This document shows positions 11,296 to 19,354 of a stretch of 64,000 bases of DNA, piece by piece; the stretch's first letter is position 1, and each line of letters opens with the position of its first letter. The DNA is from Thermoanaerobaculia bacterium (GTDB lineage Bacteria > Acidobacteriota > Thermoanaerobaculia > Multivoradales > UBA5704), in the NCBI GenBank assembly GCA_036264085.1, contig DATARR010000045.1, positions 19,649 to 83,648 of the forward strand. Reading direction: 5' to 3'. A program made the translations under genes and the position numbers. The notes beneath the pieces were generated by a model. The model searched no databases, had not been told where the DNA came from, and worked only from the letters and a program-made list of their open reading frames with translations.

Positions 11296-12303
11296 ATGGC
11301 CGTCCAAGACCTGTTCACCCGCCCCTCCCTGGTGCCGCGGCCCTCGGCGCCACACGCGGAACGCAATCCGGGCACGCCCCTGGAGCTGGACTGGGTGCGC
11401 GAGGTGCGGGTCAACACCAGCGCGGCCGAGCGCCGGGCTGCCACCCTGCCGAAGCGCCGTACGGTGAAGAAGGAGTGGCAGGCCGCCTGGTACCTGCGGG
11501 CCATCACCTGCATCGACTTGACGACGCTCGCCGGAGACGACACCCCGGGCCGCGTGCGCCGGCTCTGCGCCAAGGCGCGCCAGCCCGTGCGGCAGGACAT
11601 CCTGGAGGCGCTCGGCGCCGACCACCTCGACATCCGCGTCGCCTCGGTCTGCGTCTACCACAACCTGGTGGCGACCGCGCGCGAGGCGCTGGCAGGCTCC
11701 GGCATCCCGGTCTGCGCCGTCTCCGCCGGCTTCCCGGCCGGCCAGAACCCGTTTCCCCAGCGCCTGGCCGAGATCCGCGAGTCGGTGGCGGCGGGCGCCG
11801 GGGAGATCGACATCGTCATCAGCCGCGCCCACGTCCTCACCGGCAACTGGCAGGCTCTCTACGACGAGATCCGCGCCTTCCGCGAAGCCTGTGGGCCGGC
11901 TCACCTCAAGACGATCCTCGCCACCGGCGAGTTGGGGACCCTGCGCAACGTGGCGCGGGCGAGCCGGGTGGCCATGATGGCGGGCGCCGACTTCATCAAG
12001 ACCTCGACCGGCAAGGAGAAAGTCAACGCCACCCTGCCGGTCTCCCTGGTGATGGTGCGGGCGATCCGCGATTACCGCGAGCGCACGGGCTTCCGCGTCG
12101 GCTTCAAGCCGGCCGGGGGAATCTCCACCGCCCGCAATGCCGCCGACTGGCTGGCCCTGATGAAGGAGGAGCTGGGCGATGCCTGGATGCGGCCCGCCCT
12201 CTTCCGCATCGGCGCCTCCAGCTTGCTGGGCGACCTCGAGCGCCAGCTCGAGCACCATGCCACGGGCCGGTATTCGGCTTCGTACCGGCACCCCCTCGCC
12301 TGA
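11296..12303 (+). CDS. deoC: Deoxyribose-phosphate aldolase (long form)
   Basis: 'IDLTTL..DDT', 'VASVCVY', 'EIDIVISR' and 'ADFIKTSTGK' (Schiff-base Lys context) match DERA. Confidence 0.8.
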   Translation: MAVQDLFTRPSLVPRPSAPHAERNPGTPLELDWVREVRVNTSAAERRAATLPKRRTVKKEWQAAWYLRAITCIDLTTLAGDDTPGRVRRLCAKARQPVRQDILEALGADHLDIRVASVCVYHNLVATAREALAGSGIPVCAVSAGFPAGQNPFPQRLAEIRESVAAGAGEIDIVISRAHVLTGNWQALYDEIRAFREACGPAHLKTILATGELGTLRNVARASRVAMMAGADFIKTSTGKEKVNATLPVSLVMVRAIRDYRERTGFRVGFKPAGGISTARNAADWLALMKEELGDAWMRPALFRIGASSLLGDLERQLEHHATGRYSASYRHPLA

Positions 12304-12321
12304 GGGCATCGGAGGGCACTC

Positions 12322-14739
12322 ATGCCAACCATCGCCGAGATCTTCGAGACCCTGGAGTATGGCCCGGCGCCCGAGAGCGCCGACCCGGCCCTGGCCTGGC
12401 TGGAGGCTCGCGGCCGCGAGGTCCTCCCTTTCATCGGCGGCGCTTTCCGCAAGCCGGCTGCTGGCGAGTGGTTCGATACCCTGAATCCGGCCACGGCCAA
12501 GCCCCTCGCCCGCGTGGCCCAGTGCGGCGCGGCGGACGTGGACGCCGCCGTCGACGCGGCGCGGGCGGCTCAAGGTCCGTGGTGGGAGCTCGGAGGCCAC
12601 GGCCGCGCCCGTCATCTTTACGCCCTCGCCCGTCACGTGCAGAAGAACGCGCGTCTGCTCGCCGTGCTGGAGACCCTGGACAATGGCAAGCCTATCCGCG
12701 AGACGCGGGACATTGACGTTCCCCTCGTGGCCCGGCACTTCTACCACCACGCCGGCTGGGCCCAGCTCATGGCGCGCGAGCTTCCGGGCTACGTTCCCCT
12801 CGGCGTCGCCGGGCAGATCATCCCCTGGAACTTCCCTCTGCTCATGCTCGCCTGGAAGATCGCGCCGGCCCTCGCCATGGGCAACACGGTGGTGCTCAAG
12901 CCCGCCGAGTTCACGCCGCTGACCGCGGTCGCCTTCGCCGAGATCTGCCGCGACGCGGGCCTGCCGCCGGGAGTGGTCAACATCGTCACCGGCGATGGCC
13001 GCACGGGCGAGCTGATCGTCCGCCATCCCGGGATCGACAAGATCGCCTTCACCGGCTCGACCGACGTCGGCCGCCTGATCCGTGAGGCCACGGCGGGCAC
13101 CGGCAAGAAGCTGTCGCTGGAGCTGGGTGGCAAGTCCCCCTTCGTGGTCTTCGACGACGCCGACCTCGACGGCGCGGTCGAGGGGGTGGTGGACGCCATC
13201 TGGTTCAACCAGGGGGAGGTCTGCTGCGCCGGCTCGCGCCTGCTCGTGCAGGAGGGTGTGGCCGAAACGCTCTACGCTCGCCTCCGCGCCCGCATGGAGA
13301 CCCTGAGGGTGGGCGATCCGCGGGACAAGGCCATCGACATCGGCGCCATCATCGCACCGGTGCAGCTCGAGCGCATCGAGCGGCTGGTGCGCCAGGGAGT
13401 GGAGGAGGGCGCGAAGATGTGGCAGCCGTCCTGGAGCTGCCCGCGCGACGGCTGGTTCTATCCGCCCACCCTGTTCACCGAGGTCGAGCCGGCGGCCACC
13501 ATCGCCCAGGTCGAGATCTTCGGCCCGGTGCTCGTCGCCATGACCTTCCGCACGCCGGAGGAGGCCGTCGAGCTGGCGAACAATACGCGCTACGGCCTGG
13601 CGGCGAGCCTCTGGACGGAGAACGTCAACCTCGCCCTGGACCTCGCCGCGAAGATCAAGGCCGGCACCGTGTGGATCAACAGCACCAACCTGTTCGACGC
13701 GGCCTCCGGCTTCGGCGGCTATCGCGAGAGCGGCTTCGGCCGCGAGGGCGGCCGGGAGGGGCTCTGGGAGTACGTGCAGCCGCGCTGGGAGGCCGAGGCG
13801 AAGAAGAAGGACGTTAAGGACAGCAAGGACGGCAAGGACTTCAAGGACGAAGAGGACGACAGGGACGAGGACGCTTCGGCCGGGCTGCCGCCCATCGACC
13901 GCACGGCCAAGCTCTACATCGGCGGCAAGCAGACCCGGCCGGACGGCGAGGCCAGCCGCAAGGTCCTGGGTCCCGACGGGCGCCTGATCGGCGAGGTGGG
14001 GGAGGGGAACCGCAAGGACGTCCGCAACGCCGTCGAAGCCGCCCGCAAGGCCGCGCCCGGCTGGGCGAAGTCGACGGCTCATCTGCGGGCGCAGATCCTC
14101 TACTACGTGGCCGAGAACCTCGCCGCCCGGCGCGATGAATTCGTCCGCCGCCTTCACGCCATGATGGGCGCCGGTCCGGACGCCGCGGGCGCCGAGGTCG
14201 ATCTCGCGGTCGAGCGCCTCTTCACCAACGCCGCCTGGGCGGACAAGTACGCCGGCCGCGTCCAGGCGACACCGCTGCGCAACTTCACCTTCGCCGTCCA
14301 CGAGCCCATCGGCACCCTGGCCGTCGTCTGCCCGGACGAGCGCCCGCTGCTCGCCTTCGTCGCGACCGTGGCCCCGGCCGTGGCGATGGGCAACGCCGTC
14401 GTCGCCGTCCCCTCCGAGCGCTGGCCCCTGGCAGCCACGGACCTCTACCAGGTCTTCGACACTTCGGATGTCCCGGCGGGAGTCGTCAACATCGTCACCG
14501 GCGGCCGCGATGCCCTGGCCGGCGTCCTCGCCGCCCACGACGACGTCGACGCCCTCTGGTACTTCGGCAGCCGCGACGGCAGCGCCGCCGTCGAGCGCGC
14601 CTCGACCGGCAACCTCAAGCGCACCTGGGTCAACTACGGCCGCGCCCGCGACTGGGCCGATCCGGAGCAGGGATCAGGCGAGGAATTCCTCCGCCGCGCG
14701 ATCGAGGTGAAGAACATCTGGGCGCCGTTTGGGGAGTAG
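12322..14739 (+). CDS. Fused aldehyde dehydrogenase: a catalytic ALDH domain plus a degenerate second ALDH-like domain
   Basis: The first about 490 aa carry 'ELGGKSP' and 'FNQGEVCCAGSR' (catalytic Glu and Cys). A KD-rich linker follows. The second domain aligns to the ALDH N-terminal half but lacks these catalytic motifs. Confidence 0.8.
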   Translation: MPTIAEIFETLEYGPAPESADPALAWLEARGREVLPFIGGAFRKPAAGEWFDTLNPATAKPLARVAQCGAADVDAAVDAARAAQGPWWELGGHGRARHLYALARHVQKNARLLAVLETLDNGKPIRETRDIDVPLVARHFYHHAGWAQLMARELPGYVPLGVAGQIIPWNFPLLMLAWKIAPALAMGNTVVLKPAEFTPLTAVAFAEICRDAGLPPGVVNIVTGDGRTGELIVRHPGIDKIAFTGSTDVGRLIREATAGTGKKLSLELGGKSPFVVFDDADLDGAVEGVVDAIWFNQGEVCCAGSRLLVQEGVAETLYARLRARMETLRVGDPRDKAIDIGAIIAPVQLERIERLVRQGVEEGAKMWQPSWSCPRDGWFYPPTLFTEVEPAATIAQVEIFGPVLVAMTFRTPEEAVELANNTRYGLAASLWTENVNLALDLAAKIKAGTVWINSTNLFDAASGFGGYRESGFGREGGREGLWEYVQPRWEAEAKKKDVKDSKDGKDFKDEEDDRDEDASAGLPPIDRTAKLYIGGKQTRPDGEASRKVLGPDGRLIGEVGEGNRKDVRNAVEAARKAAPGWAKSTAHLRAQILYYVAENLAARRDEFVRRLHAMMGAGPDAAGAEVDLAVERLFTNAAWADKYAGRVQATPLRNFTFAVHEPIGTLAVVCPDERPLLAFVATVAPAVAMGNAVVAVPSERWPLAATDLYQVFDTSDVPAGVVNIVTGGRDALAGVLAAHDDVDALWYFGSRDGSAAVERASTGNLKRTWVNYGRARDWADPEQGSGEEFLRRAIEVKNIWAPFGE

Positions 14740-14926
14740 GCCACCTACCCCCTCTCCCAATCCTCGATCACCGCCTCCGCCGCCCGCCCGTCCCGCAGAC
14801 CATCTCCTGGAGTCTCAGGGCGCAGCGGAGGCCCGACACACCCGTCTCGACGATGACCACCCTCGCCTTGGCCCACCCGTTCCTTGTCACGGGCGAGGAT
14901 GATGGCTGCTTCGAGCGAGCAATGGA

Positions 14927-15388
14927 AGCGATGGACACGGCCGATCTCTCGCAGGGCCTGTCCGCTGAGCCAATGAGCGTGTCCTGCGGCTGGCAGGACC
15001 TGTCCCCTGAGCCGTAGGGCCTGTCCCATGAGACGCAGGACGTGTCCGATGGCTCGCGGGGCCTGCCCCATGGCCGAGAGGACATGCTCCACGAGCTAAA
15101 TGACATGTCTTATGTCTCGCAGGACACGTCCCATGAGCCAAGGGACACGTCCGATCAGCCAAGGGACACGTCCCATGAGCCAAGGGACACGTCCCATCAG
15201 CCGTAGGACGTGTCCTCTGAGCCAGAGGACACGCGCCATGAGCCAGAGGACATGTCCTATGAGCCGCGGGACCTGTCCCATGAGCCATGAGGCGCGTCCT
15301 CTGAGCCGCAGGACACGTCCTGCGAGCCATGAGACATGCCCCATGAGTCCTGAGCTCTGTCCCAGGGGCCAGAAGACGTCTCCTTTGA
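14927..15388. repeat. Tandem array of 22 units of exactly 21 bp, consensus GCCnnrGGACAYGTCCcATGA with a GGAC-N2-GTCC palindromic core
   Basis: I cut the region into 21-mers by hand. The register holds with no indels from 14927 to 15388. The best-conserved units lie at 15116-15199. Confidence 0.9.
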
Positions 15389-15394
15389 GCCATC

Positions 15395-16075
15395 CTACCC
15401 CCGCTCCCGCTCCAAGAAGTAATCCAGCAGCTCCGACGACGAGCTCTCCATCTCCACTCCGAGGTGCTGCACCCGCTGGCTGATGAAGTTGAACATCCAG
15501 GCCGCGGGCACGGCCACCACCAGCCCCAGGGCCGTGGTCAGCAGGGCTTCGGCGATGCCTTGGGAGACGGTGGCGAAGCCGCCCTGTCCGTTCGTGGCCG
15601 CGATGTCCTTGAAGGCATGGACGATCCCGACCACCGTGCCGAAGAGGCCGATGAAGGGCGCGGTGGTGGCGATCGTCGCGAGACTCCCCACGCCGCGGTT
15701 GAGCTCGGCCGTCGTCTGCATGGCGGCGCGGGCCAGGGCCCTCTGCGTGGCCTCCATCACTTCGGCGGCGGTCAGTCCCCGGGCGCTCTTCTGCTGGAAG
15801 GTCGAGAGACCGGCGGCCACCACCCGGGCGACGTGGCTGTGGGGAAACCGGCGGGCGGCCTCGATCGCCGTCTGCGGCACGCCGCCCTCGGCGAGATGGG
15901 GGGAGACCGCCCGCGCGAAGGCGATCGACTGCCGGCGCGCCCGCGACAGCACGATCAGCCGCTCCAGGGAGACGCCGAGGGACCAGACGGAGAGGAGGAC
16001 CAGGAGGACGATCACCACGAAGCCCGTGGCGCTGATCTTCCCGGCGAGGGCGAAGAGGGCGCTGGAACCGTTCAC
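15395..16075 (-). CDS. MotA/TolQ/ExbB proton-channel family protein
   Basis: 226 aa with three TM segments and the conserved C-terminal 'APFIGLFGTVVGIVHAF......GIAEALLTTALGL' ExbB/TolQ signature. Confidence 0.8.
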   Translation of the reverse strand: MNGSSALFALAGKISATGFVVIVLLVLLSVWSLGVSLERLIVLSRARRQSIAFARAVSPHLAEGGVPQTAIEAARRFPHSHVARVVAAGLSTFQQKSARGLTAAEVMEATQRALARAAMQTTAELNRGVGSLATIATTAPFIGLFGTVVGIVHAFKDIAATNGQGGFATVSQGIAEALLTTALGLVVAVPAAWMFNFISQRVQHLGVEMESSSSELLDYFLERERG

Positions 16076-16206
16076 GAGAGTGCTCCTTTCCCGCCCTGAG
16101 AGGCGCGAAGTCCAGGTCGAGGATCTCGAGCCTCGTCCTGCATGGCTGGTCGGGAGCGCTCCCCGTCTGGATTAGAGGGCAGGAGGCGGGATTTGGTTCC
16201 GGGGAA

Positions 16207-17133
16207 TCACCGCGACCGGTGCTGCACGAACACGGCGAGCTCGCGCAGCGGGTCCGCCTTGCGGCCGAGGGGGGCGAGGGAGTCCACGGCGAAGCCCAGC
16301 AGCTCGGCGGCCAGGGCCTGGGCGCCCGGCACGCCGAGGAGACGGACGAAGGTGACCTTGGACGCGTCCTTGCCCGTGTCCTTGCCTGTCACCTCGGGCG
16401 TGCCCAGGACGTCGAGGAGGTCGTCCGCGATCTGGAAGGCCAGCCCCAGGTTCTTCGCGTAGCGCGCGATCACCTCGAGGTCGCGGCGCTTGGCGTCCGC
16501 GGCCATGGCTCCCAGCTCGCCCGCGGCCATGAACAGGGCCCCCGTCTTGTGGCTGTGGACGTACTCCAGGACGTCGAGGTCCATCTCCTCCGGCCTGGCC
16601 AGGAGGTCGAGGGCCTGGCCGCCGATCAGGCCGTCGCTGCCGATGGCCGCCGCCAGGTGGTGGACCACGTCCTCGGCGGTGTAGCGGCGCAGCGACAGGC
16701 GGTGGGCGGCCTCGGCTACCAGGGCGTAGGCGCGGTTGAGCAGCCCCAGGGCGGCGAGCAGGGCGACGCTCTCGCCGAAGGCCCGGTGGACCGTGGGCCG
16801 GCCGCGACGCAGGGCGGCGTCGTCCATGGCGGGGAGGTCGTCCAGCACCAGCGAGCAGGCGTGGACCATCTCGACGGCGCAGGCGAGGTCGAGCACGGGC
16901 TCGGAGCGCACGCCGAAGAGCTCGGCCACCGCCAGGGTGAGCACGGGACGCACCCGCTTGCCCGCGCCGGTCAGGGCGTAGTGCATCGCCTGATGGACGG
17001 GCTCAGGCCGCGCGGTGGGAGGCGGCAGGAGCTCCGGCAGGTGGCGGTGGACCCGCGCGGCCCAGTCGGCCAGCCGCCCGCCGAGAGCCGCCGGCGCCGC
17101 TTCAGGCAAAGGACTTGATGCCGGCGTCCTCAC
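16207..17133 (-). CDS. Polyprenyl diphosphate synthase (FPP/GGPP synthase family)
   Basis: First Asp-rich motif 'LVLDDLPAMDD' and second 'FQIADDLLD'. Confidence 0.85.
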   Translation of the reverse strand: MRTPASSPLPEAAPAALGGRLADWAARVHRHLPELLPPPTARPEPVHQAMHYALTGAGKRVRPVLTLAVAELFGVRSEPVLDLACAVEMVHACSLVLDDLPAMDDAALRRGRPTVHRAFGESVALLAALGLLNRAYALVAEAAHRLSLRRYTAEDVVHHLAAAIGSDGLIGGQALDLLARPEEMDLDVLEYVHSHKTGALFMAAGELGAMAADAKRRDLEVIARYAKNLGLAFQIADDLLDVLGTPEVTGKDTGKDASKVTFVRLLGVPGAQALAAELLGFAVDSLAPLGRKADPLRELAVFVQHRSR

Positions 17134-17440
17134 TGTCGTAGACGTCGAACACCGTGATGAGCTGAGTGATGGTGAGGATGTCCGTCACCTTGGCCGGCAG
17201 GTTGACCAGCTTCAGCTTGGCCCCCCGGTTGGTGGCCGTGGTGTAGGCGCTCACCAACTCGCCGATGCCGGAGGAATCGATGGTGGAGACGCCGGCCATG
17301 TTGATCAGGACCTTGGTGGCGCCGCTGTTCATCACCTCCTGCACCGCGTTGCGCAACTGCACGTCTCCCGAGCCGATGGTGATCTTGCCCTTGAGGTCCA
17401 GGATGGTCACGTCGCCGACCTGCCGCTTGCTCACGTCCAT
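17102..17440 (-). CDS. STAS-domain anti-sigma-factor antagonist (SpoIIAA/RsbV-like)
   Basis: 112 aa. 'VTILDLKGKI...VLINMAGVSTIDSSGIGELV' contains the phosphorylatable Ser context (DSSG). A GGAGGG RBS lies upstream. Confidence 0.8.
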   Translation of the reverse strand: MDVSKRQVGDVTILDLKGKITIGSGDVQLRNAVQEVMNSGATKVLINMAGVSTIDSSGIGELVSAYTTATNRGAKLKLVNLPAKVTDILTITQLITVFDVYDSEDAGIKSFA

Positions 17441-17463
17441 TCTTCAGTTCCCTCCTCTAATCG

Positions 17464-17997
17464 CTAATCGCTGATATCACTGCTGGGGTCCGCCGGCGGT
17501 CCGGTGAAGCGCTTGCGCAGCGTCACCATGGTGCCGCCGCCGGGGCCGGAGCCGTAGGTGATGTCGTCCATGAAGCTTCGCATATAAAAGATGCCGCGGC
17601 CGTTGGGGCGGAGCAGGTTCTCCGGCGCCAGCGGATCGCCGAGCAGCGAGGGATCGAACCCCACGCCCTCGTCCTCGACCCGGATCACCAGGTCGCTGCC
17701 CTCCACCGCCAGGTCGACGTGCACCTGTTTGGCCGGATCCTGCAGGTTGCCGTGCTTGATCGCGTTGGCCAGGGCCTCGCGTACCGCCACGTCCACCCAG
17801 TGCTGGGCGTCCTCGTCCATGCCGATCCGCTGCAGGCAGTCGCGCAGCACCACCTGGACCAGCTCGATGTTCTCGAAACGACTCCCGACGGCGAGATGGA
17901 AGCGGTAGTCCACGGGCATCGGCGCGATCCTCGGCCCGGAGTCTAGCAGATCGTTCCGGTCGCGAGAGGGTTCCCGCTCCGGACCCTCGAGCCTCAT
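17464..17997 (-). CDS. Anti-sigma regulatory Ser/Thr kinase (RsbW/SpoIIAB-like HATPase); alternative start at 17919
   Basis: 'REALANAIKHGN' (N-box), 'VEDEGVGFD' and 'GRGIFYMRSFMD'. The ATG at 17997 overlaps the CPBP stop (ATGA). Confidence 0.75.
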   Translation of the reverse strand: MRLEGPEREPSRDRNDLLDSGPRIAPMPVDYRFHLAVGSRFENIELVQVVLRDCLQRIGMDEDAQHWVDVAVREALANAIKHGNLQDPAKQVHVDLAVEGSDLVIRVEDEGVGFDPSLLGDPLAPENLLRPNGRGIFYMRSFMDDITYGSGPGGGTMVTLRKRFTGPPADPSSDISD

Positions 17998-19022
17998 CCG
18001 CAGAGCCCCAGGAAAGCCGCCGCCTTGCCCGCCGTCCCCTGCATCAGCTTGAGGACCGCCGGCACGACCACCAGGAGCTGGACGCCGTCGAACAGGGCAT
18101 GCGCGGCGATGGCGGCCCAGACGCTCTGTCGCCAGCGCACCAGGAAGGCGTAGATGAGCGACAGCAGGGCGATGCCCACCAGCATGAACGGCTGGCCGTA
18201 GGAGAGGTGGGCGAGGACGAAGAACGCGGTCGACAGGACGATGCCGACGCGCGGTTGCAGGAAGCCGCGGAAGAAGCTCTCCTCCACCACGCCGGCCGAC
18301 AGGCTGACGGCGAACCGCACGCCGAAGGGAAGGGCGGCGATCAGACCCACCAGGGCCGGCGGCTGATGAGGCACGGCGTCCTTGAAGCCCAAGGCCAGGA
18401 GCACGCCGGCGATGGCGATGATCGCCGCGAGCACCGCCAGCCAGGCCGCGAGCCCCAGCGACAGCCCGATGCCGATCTCCCGCGGCACGTCGGGAGCCAG
18501 GAACCCGAACTGGGCCAGGAGCTGCCGCCCCAGCGGAATCTCCGGGGGCGGCGGCAGGATCGCCGGGAGGGGGGCCGCGGGGCTCGTCTCTGCCAAGGGC
18601 AGCGCCGGGCTCGTCTCCGGCGACTCCTCATGGACCGGGATGAGCCCCGTCCCCTCTGGCGCCGGGATGCCGGAGGACAGGCCCGCCGGCAGCGGCACCT
18701 GCGCCGGTCGCGGGCGGCCGGCGAAGCCCAGCAGGAACCAGACCGCCATCACGGCCACCATCATCAGGTGGAGCTCGAAGAGCTGGAAGGTGTCGATCTT
18801 CGACAGGTTCGGCGGCTCGATCTTCACGCCGGCCACCGCGGCCGCGAGGGGGAGGAACACCCCCACGGCGAGGAAGGCGGCCACGATCATGCCGGCCAGG
18901 ACCCGGCGCCACGGCTCGCGGAAGCCGGGCGGCAGCAGGCCCCGCGCGGCGCACAGCGCGTCGAGGGCGAAGGCGGCGACGAGCCCCAGGCCGGCGGCGA
19001 TGGCGAGTGTCAGGGGCGACAT
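17994..19022 (-). CDS. CPBP-family intramembrane glutamic protease (CAAX-protease-like)
   Basis: 'EESFFRGFL', 'HLSYG' and 'HALFDG' motifs within a polytopic membrane protein. Confidence 0.75.
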   Translation of the reverse strand: MSPLTLAIAAGLGLVAAFALDALCAARGLLPPGFREPWRRVLAGMIVAAFLAVGVFLPLAAAVAGVKIEPPNLSKIDTFQLFELHLMMVAVMAVWFLLGFAGRPRPAQVPLPAGLSSGIPAPEGTGLIPVHEESPETSPALPLAETSPAAPLPAILPPPPEIPLGRQLLAQFGFLAPDVPREIGIGLSLGLAAWLAVLAAIIAIAGVLLALGFKDAVPHQPPALVGLIAALPFGVRFAVSLSAGVVEESFFRGFLQPRVGIVLSTAFFVLAHLSYGQPFMLVGIALLSLIYAFLVRWRQSVWAAIAAHALFDGVQLLVVVPAVLKLMQGTAGKAAAFLGLCG

Positions 19023-19257
19023 CAGACCTTCTGCCTCTGCCGGTAGCTGCGCAGCATCAGGAGGGCGCTGTTGAGCCGCTGCATCCGCCGCTGGCGGAGC
19101 TGGATGGCCGCGAGGTCGTCGAGGGCGGGCTGATCCCCCCGCAGCTCACGCAGGTGGCGGTCGATCTCGAAGACGAGCTGGTCGAGGTCGCCGCGGGTCA
19201 GGTTCTTGAAAGTCCGTTCGGTGACCAGCAGATACCCCTCCGCCACGTCCCTCGTCA
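19022..19257 (-). CDS. Small hypothetical protein (78 aa), translationally coupled to the CPBP gene
   Basis: 'MTRDVAEGYLLVTERTFKNLTRGDLDQLVFEIDRHLRELRG...'. Its TGA overlaps the CPBP ATG (TGATG). The start choice is uncertain. Confidence 0.4.
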
Positions 19258-19354
19258 TCGCGTATGCGCTGCCCCCGGGGAACGCCATAGGCCGGGGATG
19301 ATATCCCGGCAGCGGGAGTCTGACCAACCCCCGATTTCCTGGTACAGTGAGAGC

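Noticed and set aside
14768-14900. Minus-strand translation 'ARVVIVETGVSGLRCALRLQEM' resembles the N-terminal dinucleotide-binding motif of FAD-dependent oxidases. It could be a gene remnant truncated by the repeat array.
   Set aside because: Only about 20 residues match, the GxGxxG glycines are not intact (ETG), and there is no downstream continuation. The support is too weak.
14927-15388. Possible CRISPR array.
   Set aside because: The period is 21 bp with no alternating unique spacers. All units are variants of one another, and no cas genes are present in the window.
14887-15393. 168-aa heptad-repeat ORF reported as a confident CDS.
   Set aside because: It is open only because the repeat unit lacks stops in that frame. 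The consensus codons are the rare A/T-ending synonyms for this genome, and it has no signal peptide or known motif. I kept it as an alternative hypothesis inside the repeat finding.
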